Origin: Calditrichia bacterium | GTDB taxonomy: Bacteria > Calditrichota > Calditrichia > JAJRVZ01 | Direction of reading: 5' to 3' | Assembly (NCBI GenBank): GCA_963796965.1 | Contig: CAWCNS010000005.1 | Span: forward strand, 896,001 to 960,000 | DNA: 64,000 bases | In this document: in pieces, positions 33,378 to 45,716 of the stretch | How the letters are laid out: every line of letters starts with the position of its first letter | Numbering within the stretch: the first letter of the stretch is position 1 | Program-made: the position numbers and the translations under genes | Notes under the pieces: generated by a model | What the model saw: the letters and a program-made list of their open reading frames with translations, nothing else | What the model was told of the DNA's origin: nothing | Databases searched by the model: none

Positions 33378-34238
33378 TTAATAGAGGGAAATTAATCTCT
33401 CCAACTCATTTTGGAGAATCTCAGGAACTTCTCCCTGATAGTTTTCATTTAGATATACTCTCAATGCCTTGGCAAAAGCCACCGATTTCTCCATCTTAAT
33501 TGTTTCTCTTTGGTCTATTTTCTCAGCACGCATGAGATCCTCGTACATCAGATTCATCATTTGATTCCGGATAGCGACTATCTGCTTGGATTCCGGGAAG
33601 CGAAAGCTAAGATCCTCATACAAAATAAAAGTAAGAGGCCAAAGATCAAAAAATTGACGCCATTGATCGATTGTTTCCTCAGAAAGAAGTTTTGCAATAT
33701 ACTGATTAGAATTACGCTTCGGATGTCTGCGCACATAGTCGGAATATTCTTCATTTTGTTTAACAATCTGCTGGATAGCCTCTTCCCTTTCACTTCCAGT
33801 CGCCAGAAGGGCATCATTTAAATGTGCGCTATTGCGATTAATATAATCTTCAATCTGAAAGTCTTTTCCTGAATCATTCAGGTCATATCTGATTTTATAA
33901 GAAAGCCATACACCAATCGCCTTATTATTTTTTGTTGCCGGCGTATATTTCATTTGTAAAATATAAGCCTTTGCCGCTTCATCGAGAAACTCATATTTTG
34001 ATGAATTGTGAATTTTTACATTTGTCACATTACCATTTCTATCGATAAAACCATACAAGCCGACTTCGCCTTCTATCCCTCTATTCTGTGCTTTTTCCGG
34101 ATATAAAAAATCAGGTTTTTTGACTAAAACGGGGGGTATCATTTTCACATCACCTGGGGAAGGAGAATAATCAGAGGTACCTGCACACCCGGCGAGGAGG
34201 ATAAAGAATGTTAGGATCACTATGCCATAATTAATCAT
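33378..34238 (-). CDS. Lipoprotein with TonB C-terminal domain and a helical C-terminal extension
   Basis: LAGC lipobox and YPEKAQNRGIEGEV....IDRNGNV.NVKI...LDEAA......YTPA. Confidence 0.78.
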   Translation of the reverse strand: MINYGIVILTFFILLAGCAGTSDYSPSPGDVKMIPPVLVKKPDFLYPEKAQNRGIEGEVGLYGFIDRNGNVTNVKIHNSSKYEFLDEAAKAYILQMKYTPATKNNKAIGVWLSYKIRYDLNDSGKDFQIEDYINRNSAHLNDALLATGSEREEAIQQIVKQNEEYSDYVRRHPKRNSNQYIAKLLSEETIDQWRQFFDLWPLTFILYEDLSFRFPESKQIVAIRNQMMNLMYEDLMRAEKIDQRETIKMEKSVAFAKALRVYLNENYQGEVPEILQNELERLISLY

Positions 34239-34565
34239 TTCGAACCTTGCTCTGACTTATTTCAGGTAACAGACCCATCACTTGCATCACAAATAGTTGA
34301 CGGTTAAATCCCCATTATTTACAAATCGGATCAATAATAAATTATAGTTTATTCAGGGTCGGCTATCAACTATTTTTGATGCTATCTTTATATATGTTTA
34401 TACAATACGACAGAGGAAAATGTTTTGCAACTATTTATTCTATTTTATTATTCAGCATAGTATTCATTTTTTTCTACTCAGGTATTTCATACTATTATAA
34501 AGTTCATTATAATACATACAGATTTTATTTTTAGACTGTTACTAAGCACTGGGGTATGAGCAGTA

Positions 34566-35543
34566 ATGAATCATGTTGAAAGATTCCGTGCCGTGATGAA
34601 TTATCAAGAGGTTGATCGCCTGCCAATATGGGAATGGGCTATGTGGTGGGATAAAACGATTGAACGTTGGCATAAAGAGGGTCTTCCTGCTGGTATGACA
34701 GACATTTTTGAGATACATGAGTACTTGGGTCTGGATCCTTATAAACAGTTCTGGTTCAGCACAACGGATTCTACTATTGAGGCCGAGCAACATCATGTAG
34801 AAGGTATAATCTCGAACATGGATGACTATATAAATCACCGCCCCAACCTGTTTCCGGACCACAGGAAAGCGATAGAGGGAATGAAACCTTGGCTAGATAG
34901 ACAGAAGAAAGGTGAGGTGGTCGTATGGATAACCCTGGAGGGTTATTTCTGGTTTCCCCGCACATTAATGGGATTTACAAAATTAATGTTGGCCTTTTAT
35001 GATCAGCCGGAACTTCTTCATCAAATTAACCATGATCTGCTTGACTTCAATCTGAGTCTGTTAGAACATGTGGAAAAGATAGGAAATCCGACATTCATGA
35101 CGGTAGGCGAAGATATGTCCTACAATCGAGGGCCGATGATATCACGAGATTTGATGGACACGTTCTTGACGCCCTATTACGAAAGGATGATTGCGCGGGC
35201 AAAAGAGATGGGAATGCTTACCATCGTGGATACGGATGGTGATGTTACACGTCTTGTTCCATGGATGTTGGACAATGGAATAGAAGGTGTTCTTCCCCTG
35301 GAACGACAAGCTGGCGTTGACGGTATGGCTCTGCGCGAAAAGTTTCCAAAGCTGAGAATGATTGGGCATTACAACAAAATGATTATGAATAAAGGTGAAA
35401 CAGCTATACGAAGGGAGTTTGAGCGTCTGCTCCCGCTGATGAAAACAGGTGGATTCATTCCAAGCGTGGACCATCAAACGACACCATCCGTTTCACTCAG
35501 AGAATATCGTACCTACCTGAATCTCCTCTCTGAATATGTATAG
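34566..35543 (+). CDS. Uroporphyrinogen decarboxylase / MtaA-like family protein
   Basis: ERFRAVMNYQEVDRLP, GEDMSYNRGPMIS, DTDGDV and GGFIPSVDH motifs. Confidence 0.75.
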   Translation: MNHVERFRAVMNYQEVDRLPIWEWAMWWDKTIERWHKEGLPAGMTDIFEIHEYLGLDPYKQFWFSTTDSTIEAEQHHVEGIISNMDDYINHRPNLFPDHRKAIEGMKPWLDRQKKGEVVVWITLEGYFWFPRTLMGFTKLMLAFYDQPELLHQINHDLLDFNLSLLEHVEKIGNPTFMTVGEDMSYNRGPMISRDLMDTFLTPYYERMIARAKEMGMLTIVDTDGDVTRLVPWMLDNGIEGVLPLERQAGVDGMALREKFPKLRMIGHYNKMIMNKGETAIRREFERLLPLMKTGGFIPSVDHQTTPSVSLREYRTYLNLLSEYV

Positions 35544-35619
35544 GCGTGTATGAACCAATCATGCATTTGATCAGCAAAACCTGATTATAATTTATTTTAC
35601 AAAAGGATGAACAATAACG

Positions 35620-36420
35620 ATGAAAACAATTACTCTTATTATACTACTCACTATCTTTGCTATCCCTATTTTTGCACAGGATAATTTTTCCTGGCCTAAT
35701 AATACCAAAGCAGCCGTCTGTCTTACTTATGATGATGGGTTGGATTGTCATTTAGACACTGCACGCGTGGACCTTAATCAGTATAATTTAAAAGGTAGTT
35801 TTTATTGTCCCGGAAAGTCGGAATCCCTTTTCCGGCGCATGGATGATTGGAGAGAATTGGTGGCACAGGGACATGAATTAGGGAACCATTCTTTATTCCA
35901 TCCTTGTGAAAAGGCAAAAGAAGGAAGAGGAATTTTTGATTGGGTCAAGCCCGAATACGATCTGGCTGGATATACAGTAGAACAAATCGTTGCCGAGTTA
36001 ACTGTGGCTAATACTTTGTTAAAGGCTGTTGATGGAAAAGAAAAAAGAACCTATGCCTATACATGTGGCGATTATGAAGTGGGTGGAGAAAATTTTAGTG
36101 ATAAGATCAGCCATCTTTTTAGCGGCGCCAGAGCCGCTGGTTCCATTCCCGAAACCATGGAGGAAGTGAATGTCTATGAGGTACCCTCCTGGTGCGTAAA
36201 TGAAAATACAGGTCAGGATATGATCGCTTTCGTTGAACGGGCCGCCCAAAAAGGAACACTTGCTGTCATTATGTTTCACGGCATTGGTGCAAATAACCTC
36301 AGGGTATCACGAAAAGCACATAATGAATTATTGGCCTATCTCGCGCAACATTCCGATCGTTTTTGGGTCGCCACCTTTAGTGATATAGTGGATTATATCA
36401 AAACCAAAAGAGGGTATTAA
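35620..36420 (+). CDS. Polysaccharide deacetylase (NodB/CE4-like), secreted
   Basis: CLTYDDG, GHELGNHSLFHP and VIMFHG motifs, plus a signal peptide. Confidence 0.85.
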   Translation: MKTITLIILLTIFAIPIFAQDNFSWPNNTKAAVCLTYDDGLDCHLDTARVDLNQYNLKGSFYCPGKSESLFRRMDDWRELVAQGHELGNHSLFHPCEKAKEGRGIFDWVKPEYDLAGYTVEQIVAELTVANTLLKAVDGKEKRTYAYTCGDYEVGGENFSDKISHLFSGARAAGSIPETMEEVNVYEVPSWCVNENTGQDMIAFVERAAQKGTLAVIMFHGIGANNLRVSRKAHNELLAYLAQHSDRFWVATFSDIVDYIKTKRGY

Positions 36421-36698
36421 ATATCCTTCTATGATTTATCTTGAGAAAAGGACTAAACACAAAGAACACAAAGAAGGCTCAAAGTGCACAAAGAAAAGAT
36501 TATTTTAATTTTTTGACTTCGGTTTACATAGATCTTTGGTTCTAAATATTAAAATAAAATAAGCGGGATCTAAAACTCTAGGATTTTCTTTGCAAACTTA
36601 GCGTCTTAGCGCCTTTGCGTGAGAAAAAGATTAAACACAAAGAACACAAAGTTCACTCGAAGATACACGAAGTTTTTTCATATTGACCCTTACGAATT

Positions 36699-37501
36699 TT
36701 AATTTTGTTGTGTGAAGACTATCTGTCCCCTCACGGAACCAGAACTATTTGGTTCAATTTGAGGAAACAAGGGCGCTGCATGGATACATCCGTGGTCCTC
36801 TTCCCAATTATTAAAGAAGTAGGCCACAGGGCCATCTACAATCGTTTCTAAAAGCCACTTTCCATCTTTGGAAATTACTTTTACCCGATCACCCGATAAA
36901 TATTCAGGACTGGTTACTTCCCATCTCGTATTCAACCTATACTGCTCCAGGTTAATCCCCCCAATTGCCGGGTAAAACTGCATAGTCCTTTTGCCCACAC
37001 CCTGGGTTTTAGCAATGTCCTTAAGTAGTACCTCTTTACCAGACGCATCTCTAACCCAGGTGCGCTCCATGGCCAAGTCTTTAAATAAAGGCGCCCAGTT
37101 TAAAAGGACACAGTTAAATGCAGACAGATTATTTAAGTTTGTATCTGAATTATTTGCAAACTCATACTCCCAATAAAGTTCTACTTTTTGCTCAGACTCT
37201 TTTAATTTGATAGTTACAGTCGATGAATAGGAGTCACCCGCCCAGGATCCGATGGCCATGTAAGGTTTGAGATCCCATTGGAATTTCGTAACAGAATTAA
37301 ATTGATCAGAAGTAAACCACTCTGGAAAGAACAACATGAAATCCTGATCGGGAAAGGTAGGCAACTTGAAAGATATCGGATTAAAATCTTTAAACCTTGA
37401 GGCTCAATCCATTTAAAACCTTCAAACGACCTGATTTTTTCGGATTTTTGCCCGCAACCAAGCATACTAAATGCTAAAATAACATAAATAAAAGATTTCA
37501 C
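36699..37501 (-). CDS. Hypothetical lipoprotein (frameshift at ~37370)
   Basis: GGAGGAG RBS before a GTG start. MKSFIYVILAFSMLGC lipobox, continuing in the overlapping 221-aa ORF. Confidence 0.6.
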
Positions 37502-37585
37502 GTCTCCTCCTCTGAATGATGATCACATCCGATCTGTGAAATTATCAGAATAATGTAAAAAGAGCAAGCAAACTATTGACAAGAC

Positions 37586-37738
37586 ACCTTCTTATTGATT
37601 CTCCCTTACTTATATTGGGTGGTGTCATCCTGTCCCAACGGGATGCCTTCGGCAAAAGGATCTTCCTTTCTTGTAGATTCTACTCCCTCATGCAGAAAGA
37701 TTCCTATCCAAAGGGATCCCGTTCCGGGACGGAATGAC
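37586..37738 (-). repeat. Composite repeat copy C (inverted relative to A and B)
   Basis: GTCATCCTGTCCCAACGGGATGCC...CCCGTTCCGGGACGGAATGAC at 37624-37738. Shares a ~38-bp left flank with copy D. Confidence 0.8.
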
Positions 37739-37891
37739 ACAAGCATAATCGTCAATATTCATGTAAGTCACAGCCTGCCTGCCCGGCTATGACGGGATCC
37801 GGCGAAGACGGATAATTCGTGATATCTTTTCTTTGCGTCTCTGCGTCTTTGCGAGAAATAAAAAAGAATGATTAATTCATCATATAATGAT

Positions 37892-38857
37892 TTACAAAGT
37901 TAATAATGACTCATAAGCCACATCGATAAGTTTCGGATCACCCCCTCCTAAACCATGTTCACCACCCGGGATGGTAATGAACTCATACTCAACACTATTT
38001 TGTTCGAATAGTTTGGCCATTATCACAGATTGTTCATAAGGAACATCCGTGTCATCCGTACCATGGATCAGCATGGTCGGAGGATAACTTTTCGTGACAT
38101 TGTAGGTAGGCATAAAAGGATAAAATTTATGTGCTTCACTATGTGGATCCCAGCCGGACACAGCTTCCGGCCAATAACCATTCTGCCGGCAATACTGATA
38201 GAAGTGACCTCCCTTTCCTTTCCGTTGCCTTGAATCAGAGATCGGTGGACCGTTTACTTCTTGAAGCGCCTGTTCTTTTGTTATTTTTATTTCGTTGTGG
38301 CGGGCATGGGGGCTGGGCGTGCTATACCAGTCACCGATGAGATCACCATAACCAAAGAAAGATACCAAAACGGTCGGTCGGGGTTTGCAGCGAAAACCAG
38401 ATGTAAGAGTAAGGTAACCGCCGGCAGAACCACCTATAACTGCAATCCTGCTGGTGTCAGCATGAAAAAGACCCGGACCCTTCTCCCGAATCCAGATAAA
38501 CGCATCTTCAAGATCTTCAATAATCGCCGGAAGTTTCGATTCAGGTGCCAGACGATAGTCAATTGATATAATCATGTATCCTTCATCGAGCATCATTTTT
38601 TTTACCCGGCCTTTAACACTCTCCCGATGGCCGTCAATAAGGGCACCCCCATGGATCCAGACAACAGGCTTACGGAATTTTGTATCATTGGCCCGATGCA
38701 CATCCAGTTTAATCTCAAGATCACCAACTTTTTTATAGGTATAGGTTTTCACTGTGATTTTAGATTTATCCTCCGTTACCTGGCAGCCGTACAAAAATAA
38801 AATAGCAAGGAGAGCCAACTGTTTATAAAGATGATTTAGTATGAAGTTAGTAAACAT
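37892..38857 (-). CDS. Alpha/beta hydrolase (esterase/lipase), lipoprotein
   Basis: WIHGGA, DYRLAPE, GGSAGG (GxSxG), IHGTDDTDVP and GGEHG motifs. Confidence 0.88.
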   Translation of the reverse strand: MFTNFILNHLYKQLALLAILFLYGCQVTEDKSKITVKTYTYKKVGDLEIKLDVHRANDTKFRKPVVWIHGGALIDGHRESVKGRVKKMMLDEGYMIISIDYRLAPESKLPAIIEDLEDAFIWIREKGPGLFHADTSRIAVIGGSAGGYLTLTSGFRCKPRPTVLVSFFGYGDLIGDWYSTPSPHARHNEIKITKEQALQEVNGPPISDSRQRKGKGGHFYQYCRQNGYWPEAVSGWDPHSEAHKFYPFMPTYNVTKSYPPTMLIHGTDDTDVPYEQSVIMAKLFEQNSVEYEFITIPGGEHGLGGGDPKLIDVAYESLLTL

Positions 38858-38895
38858 TTAAATAACCCTCTGATTTATGATTGCCGTTAAAATAC

Positions 38896-38923
38896 AAAAG
38901 GGAAGACCATTGGCCTTCCCTTT
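38896..38923 (-). terminator. Rho-independent terminator
   Basis: Minus strand AAAGGGAAGGCC-AAT-GGTCTTCCCTTTT hairpin with a T-tract, ~30 bp after the stop at 38952. Confidence 0.7.
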
Positions 38924-38951
38924 ATTAAAGATTCAGAACTAAATCCAGGCG

Positions 38952-40515
38952 TTATTTGAGTAATAACATCTTTTTTGTTTGTGTATTATCGTCCGCCTGT
39001 AATTTATACAAATAAACACCACTGGCAACCATATTGCCGACATTATCGCGGCCATTCCATTGCACCTGATGACTTCCCGCATCCTGTTTATCGTTATTTA
39101 CCAGAACATTGACAACCTGCCCCAAAGCATTGTAAATAGTCAGATTAACTTGAGACACTTTACCAAGCTGATAGTTAATCGTTGTTGTAGGATTGAAGGG
39201 ATTTGGATAATTGTTACCAAGGTTAAAAACCTCAGGTGCAGTAGCTAAACCCTGATCATCAATACTAAGTGCATCGGGAAACCAATTCAGGTCGCCCAGA
39301 GGTAAGCCTTGTGTGGATCCCATATAAGATGCAGCACCAGAAGGATAGGCGAAATCAAAGGGGCAAATGCCATAACCCGGATCGCCAAAATCTCCCGGGC
39401 TACCGTTATCCATCGGTGGGGCTGTAGCGCGATCTTCATATTCGCCCAGCATAGAACTTGTCGGAACATCCGGCCCATCTGTAAATATAATACTTTCGTT
39501 TAACATCGTATTCGCTGTACCTGCTTCATCCACGAACGCCTGAGCAGTTTCATTAAATATAGCACCAGCTATAACTGAATCCGGATAAGCTGCAACAATG
39601 GATGGATCCAGGTAGAAATTATTATTGGAGATCATGACTGTTTGCGTATACCCATCAGCAATCAAAGTTGAATCTTTCAGGGAATCTACACTTACCCAGG
39701 CACGTGGATCATCATCAGTCTCAACATTACCATAGAATTGGGCATTAACAACCATATTATTTGTAAACATCGCCTCAACTGTTTCTTCAAAGGAGATGCA
39801 AAACTGGGCAACATTTACAATGGTATTCTGACTATAATTTGCATACATAATCAAACCACCACCGGGCCTCAAAACACGGCTGGTAATATTATATATCGTA
39901 GAGTTTGTGACTGAGATGGAATCAATATCGTTACCACGGGTATCAATGAGACGTCCATTATCAGGAGACGTTGTTGCACCTACATTGGCAATAATTGAGT
40001 TGGTAATAAATACACTAATATCATCGGAATCTAAGCGAAAAATGGATTGACTGTCATAATCCAGGAAACAGTCATCGATTACAATTTTTGCTCCTCCGGC
40101 ACTGACACGGAACTGATTCTTTAACAATCCACCTAATTGATCGACACTGGTCACATATAAACCTTCCAAGGATAAATCAGCACGTGGTCGGAAAGGTCGA
40201 TCTGATTCTCCACCTGTAACTACACCCGGTACCAATTTAGGTCTGTCACCCTCACCACGGGAAATGATATTTAATGGATATCGATTCTCGATGGCACCAT
40301 CAAGCAGATAGTACTTGTCTATCACCACGTTCTAATACATAAACCGTATTGCTATCAATCCTGGCACCTGTTTCGGTTGTATCTCCGTCGATTACCTTAT
40401 TGAGAATACCAAATTCGGTGGGAGCGACAAGCACTTCACGCTGAGCCATCAGGTTTGAACTAAAACCAATAGCCAGAATAACTAACGAAATTAATAAAAT
40501 ACTGTAACGATTCAT
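38952..40515 (-). CDS. Secreted beta-helix-like protein with T9SS/FlgD-type C-terminal domain (frameshift at ~40320)
   Basis: Signal peptide and VYVLERG in the first ORF. PLGDLNWFP and NYPNPFNPTT...ASGVYLYKL...KKMLLLK in the second. Confidence 0.78.
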
Positions 40516-40683
40516 CGATAAACCTCCTAAATTTAATTTAGATTGATTACATTAACTATTGAAGATACTAGAACTCCTCCCTTCTTTGCTTTATTAATGA
40601 TATTATTTAATTAAATGATTATTTAATCTTAATTTATCTTTTTAAAATTAATAAAATAATGACTTAAAATTCGTATACAAAAT

Positions 40684-40816
40684 ACCTTCTCATTGATTCT
40701 CCCTTATTTAATTTGGGTAGTGTCATCCTGAAAGGATCTTCCTTCTTGTAGATTCTATCTCCTCAAGTAGAAAGATTCCTATCCCGAAACGCGATCCCGT
40801 TCCGGGACGGAATGAC
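40684..40816 (-). repeat. Composite repeat copy D
   Basis: GTCATCCTGAAAGGATCTTCC...CCCGTTCCGGGACGGAATGAC at 40722-40816. Confidence 0.8.
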
Positions 40817-40919
40817 AAAAACACAATCATCAAAATTCGTGTAAATTCTCCATGGGACTCACTATGGGAGTGCACAATATATTCTTTGATTGTCATAAAA
40901 GAACAATGATTGATGAGCA

Positions 40920-43784
40920 TTAAAACGAATACCTCACACCAAGATCAGCTGCCCAGCCAAAGAGTTCTGCCCTGGTTGAAAAATATTTGAGCCCTAAGAT
41001 AGGACTCCTCTGATGTATTGGTTAAATTATATAAATTACCAAAAATTCTGAAACCCTTGCCCAGCTTCTGTTGTAGGGCCAGGTCCCAGCGGGTATAACT
41101 ATCGGAGAACCCGTCTAATTCACTACGCGTGCCAACAAAGGTCAAACTTTCGCCCTGATAAAATACGGACAATCGACCGGTAAAACCACCTTTCTCATAC
41201 CCAAGCGTTAAGTTAGCCAGATGATCGGCCTGACCCGGCATTTTGCCCTTTCTAACCGTGTCAATGATGATCGCCTCAAAAAAGGGTGGTCCTCCACGTT
41301 CGATAATCAAGAAGGGATATTGAGTCTCCGAGTCAATATAGGAATAATTTGCATAGATTACCAAACCATCAAAAGGGCTCGGTAACAAACGGAGATTGGT
41401 CTGAATCTCAATTTCAAAACCTTTAACTTTTGATTCATACTCAGAATTAACCGGACCGGCAATCATATCGTATCTGGGATCATCACCATCAACCACCCGA
41501 CTCGTACGGATATAATCAATATCAGTTAGATTCTTCAAGAATCCCCCAATTGTGAATAACCCATATTTATTATAAAAAGAGAGATAGGCATCGTAATTCC
41601 AGGCTGTTGTTGGTTTAAGATCGGGATTGCCGTATTCGAGGACGCGATCTTCCGAAATTCTTTCCCAGGGCACCAGATTAAAATAATTTGGGCGGGAAAG
41701 TGTTTGGGTTGCCGCCAGGCGTATATCGAACCAATCAACCGGTTTCACCCGGAGATGAATCATGGGAAGGAAATTATCATAGACCCGATATCCGGTCGTA
41801 TCCTTTACACCGGTGACACTCTGCTCATCATCGCCAATCTGAGGCGTCCCGAAGATGCTCTCATAATCATTGGTTGTTTGTTCATATCGAAATCCCGGTA
41901 GGAGCATAATATTATTGCCCCAATTTAATTCAGCCATAATATATCCTGCTAATATCTCCTCTCCGGCCTTATAATCCCCAAGATCCGCAGTTGGATCAGT
42001 AACATATAAGTCATCACCAGCATAAGGACTACTCTCGGAAAATTTATAATTTCGGTATGTCTTCAGAAAATTGTTCAGGGCATCCACATCAAGACCAATC
42101 CAAACTCATATCTGCCATCCATAAAGTTATCGACCTGGAAGTTCGGATCAATAAAATTTGATACTCTCACTTTTTGGCCGGACGTCAAATCCCACCCACC
42201 GGGATTCTCATCTGCACCCAGGTAATTTATTCCAAAATGACTACTCCATAAAGTCGATTTATCAACTTCCCGGGTTTTGGAACGATATTTTCCACCAAAT
42301 TTAAAATAGCCGGTAAATGAGGTTCCTAAAACATAGGGCACCTTAAAATCCAACTGCCCGGTGAGATCCCTATCATCCACCGATTCAGCATCTAAAACAC
42401 TGTGTTTAAAAAAGGTATTGTCAAGATCATTATAAGCACCTTCCGGGATATATTCAGGGCCCTGATCTTCAACCAAACCAGGTTCGAAAGCGTCCAGTTC
42501 ATAAAAACGTGCATAATGGGAAAACGGTACATCCCGATCTGATTTTGAATAGGAAGCCCGCCAGAATATTTCATTATCTTTCCAGCGGTGATCACCACTC
42601 AAAGAATTGGTCCAGAGTAGGATATCGACTTCTCTGTCTCGCAAGGTATATTCAGATCGCCAGGCCTCAACATTATATCTGCGACGACGTCTTAATTCAT
42701 CTCGCGCGGTTTTACCAAAAAAACTATTAAGCAAAATATTTCCTGATCCGATATTATAGTCTAATGTCAGACTTGCGCCATAACGGTCGCGGGTTTCTTC
42801 CCGGTTTGCCAGATTAAGTTGATCAACTGATATAAGCGCATATTCTTCGCCTTCTCTCTCTTCTCTTTTAAAGGCATAAGCGCCATCAATATAATCCGAA
42901 CTGCGGTCTGTACGTTCGAGACTACCTGTCACGATTACACCTAAATCATTATCTAAATAGCGGTCACTCAAACTACCCATAATTTTATAGTTTCTTAACT
43001 CAGATACCTGGGAGCTATATCCCCCTCTGATCCGAAAATCACCTTTTAATCCTGAAGGTGCCTTTTTAACAACAAAATTGACTGTTCCACCAATCGCATC
43101 GGCATCTTTGTCCGGCGTAAGGGATTTGAACACCTCTATTCCTTCAAGCATATCTGAAGAGATCATACTAAGATCGACGGATCTATCTTCAGAATCAGTT
43201 GAAGGAATCCGTTCGCCATTAACTGTAATGGAATTAAATTTTGGTGCCAAGCCACGTACGATAACCTTTTGACCCTCACCGGCATCACGCTGGACAGAAA
43301 TCCCAGGTAATCGTCCCAAAGATTCAGCCGCATTTTGATCGGGTAGTTCCTGAATTTTATCTTTGGATACAACATTTACAATCGTATTGGCGGTTAACTG
43401 CTGATTGATTGCCCGCGCCTGGCCTTCCATCATGGCCGTAACCTCAACCGTCTCTCCTTCAAAAACGATCATCTGCATCTTGGTATTTTGTTGCAAAGTT
43501 TCATCGGCTTTTATTGTTACCTTAATTTTCACTTCTGCATATCCAATATAAGAAAAGGTAAGATCATAACTACCCTCAGGCACATTGGAGATAATAAACA
43601 ATCCGTCAATATCAGTGGCCGCTCCAAAAGCCGTTCCATCTATGTAGACATTCGCCCCTACCAGCGGTTCTCCTGTATCAGCATCCTCAATCAGGCCGGC
43701 AATACGACCAGATTCTGCTGAAAACACCATAGAAACCATCATCATACATAGTAATACAGGCAATAACCAATGATATATTTTCAT
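40920..43784 (-). CDS. TonB-dependent receptor with N-terminal carboxypeptidase-regulatory-like domain (frameshifts at ~42080 and ~40980)
   Basis: GEPLVGANV, plug motif LPDQNAAESLGRLPGISV...VRGL, DADAIGGTVN and GNPDLKP. An alternative frame ends ...DLGVRYSF* with a terminal Phe. Confidence 0.88.
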
Positions 43785-44649
43785 ATTCAGGCCTTTATTA
43801 TTATTATCTGCAACATTGTATATTTCTGAGTTATTGAGCGAGTTAAGTTGAAATGGGTTTAATTTATACTAAACTCCCACAGAACTTAATATATTTAAAA
43901 ATAATAGTGGTGACATTTGTCATAATCAGGCTTTTGTATCAAGATTCTCTCAAAAAGTCACATCTCTTCTAAAGTTATCTGGGATCTATTTGCACCCCTA
44001 CATCGATACCTGTGAATTCCTGCCTATTATTAATTAACGGAGGAGAGACTTTTATAACTGTATTCTGGCTGACAGTATTGCAATTCAGCAATTTCAGGGT
44101 TGGATTTATCCGCACTTGTGACTGCAGCTGTTTTTAATTCGCATAGGATATAAAATGCGTACTCATTAATTGATAATGAGCCTTTGGTTTTCTGAAATCA
44201 ATCACCATAGCCCTCTTCCGATAGTGTGGATGTAAATTACTAGAACATATCCTCGAAATGCCAAATATACTCGATAATACAAAGCTTCAAATTAATTTGC
44301 AATAAAATTATTATTAATTATAAGTCAAAAGGCTGGACCGCTTTTACACAAATAGGACATTTTTTGTGATCGATGATTTAAAACAAGAATTGCAGTAGAC
44401 AATGCCAACTTTATCAGTTGCACTCGCAAAATTTCGATGCACCGGTTCAGAAATCGGTTGGCACAAAACCAATTGTAAGACTTCTGCCGGATCAGTTAGT
44501 TTTTGTATAAATTTCAGAGATACAAATTGTATTTCATTTGCATCTTTAATATCGACAATAACTCCAGTCTTTCCATGCGCAATCCAGGTTTTCATGCCAA
44601 TATACCGCTTAATTATGCAACTTAAGTTAAGAATAACTAAAATGTTATC

Positions 44650-45652
44650 TCACTTAAATTGTTTTACATACTCTAAAAAATCTTTTGCTGTTTTATCTAA
44701 ATTTTCAATAGAACCGCCACCCTTTAGAACTTCACACATCTCATAAGATATATACCCCTGATAACCGATTTCTTTTAAAGTGTTTGATAAACATTTCATA
44801 GTCAATAATTCCCTCTTCCATGGGAACAGCGCGGAGGACATCCTCTTCACGGATATAATTGGTTAAATTATGATCATATCTGTAACGCGGCAAGCGAACA
44901 TATTGTGCTGCAATGGTATTGACGATAAATGGCTTCATCATTAGAATGGATTCCCGGATTTGCTCCGAGGTTAAACCTTCAAGAGTCGGTGACCAGGCAT
45001 CCCATCCGGCCTTCACATTTGGCAGATTCACTTCTGAGAGAAGCCAGTACATCGCTTCATGATGAAGGGCGATATCATGATGATTTTGTACCGCCAGGGT
45101 TACACCATATTTTGCTGCTTCTTTGCCAGCCATTTTCAATCCTTCAACCACCATGGCATATTGTTTGTCAAAGGGAATCCCCGGTCTTTCGTATCCGGTA
45201 AAAATCCGTACCATATTTGTCCCAAGATCACGTGCTAATTTCGCTACTTCTCCCACATATAAGGCCTGAATTTCAAGATGCGGTATGCCCGGTTTGTCAA
45301 TTCCGGCTGTAAAGTCCGTATATCCGGCCAGATACACGAGATCAAGTTTCAAATCAGCAATTTTTTTCTTTAATCGTTTGCGGTCTTCTTCATTGTAATC
45401 ATAAGGAGAGACATGCGGGCGCTTGGCCACAAGAGCAACACCGTCAAAGCCCAGTTCTTTTGCTTTTTCCAAGAAATCATCAACCGATAATCTTGAATGC
45501 CCCCGCCAAATACCGGCATAACTGACCGAATGAAGACAGGTTTTTAATTCAAAATCTTCACTTTTTCCGGTGGGAATCTCTTGTGCAAAAAGTGATGTCA
45601 CAAAAACACTAAACATCATAAACAGGGATAAGGAATAGACTTTTTTCGACAT
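44650..45652 (-). CDS. Sugar phosphate isomerase/epimerase (xylose-isomerase-like TIM barrel); frameshift at ~44790
   Basis: AKELGFDGV, LAVQNHHD and GWDAW motifs. The C-terminus GYQGYISYEMC lies in the second ORF. Confidence 0.8.
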
Positions 45653-45716
45653 TATTGCCTCCATTAAATATTGCGCATATCAATTGTATAATAGTTATTA
45701 CTATACTAAAAATCAA

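Noticed and set aside
34566..35543. Calling this gene hemE
   Set aside because: It has no tetrapyrrole-pathway context and only family-level similarity, so it is left as URO-D/MtaA-like.
43790..44340. Possible riboswitch (for example cobalamin) in the long leader of the TonB-dependent receptor
   Set aside because: I could not find the conserved riboswitch motifs by eye. An Rfam scan would be needed.
44344..44595. 83-aa ORF with a faint glycosyltransferase-like stretch (HGKTGVIVDIKDANEI)
   Set aside because: The similarity is too short to support a CDS or pseudogene call.
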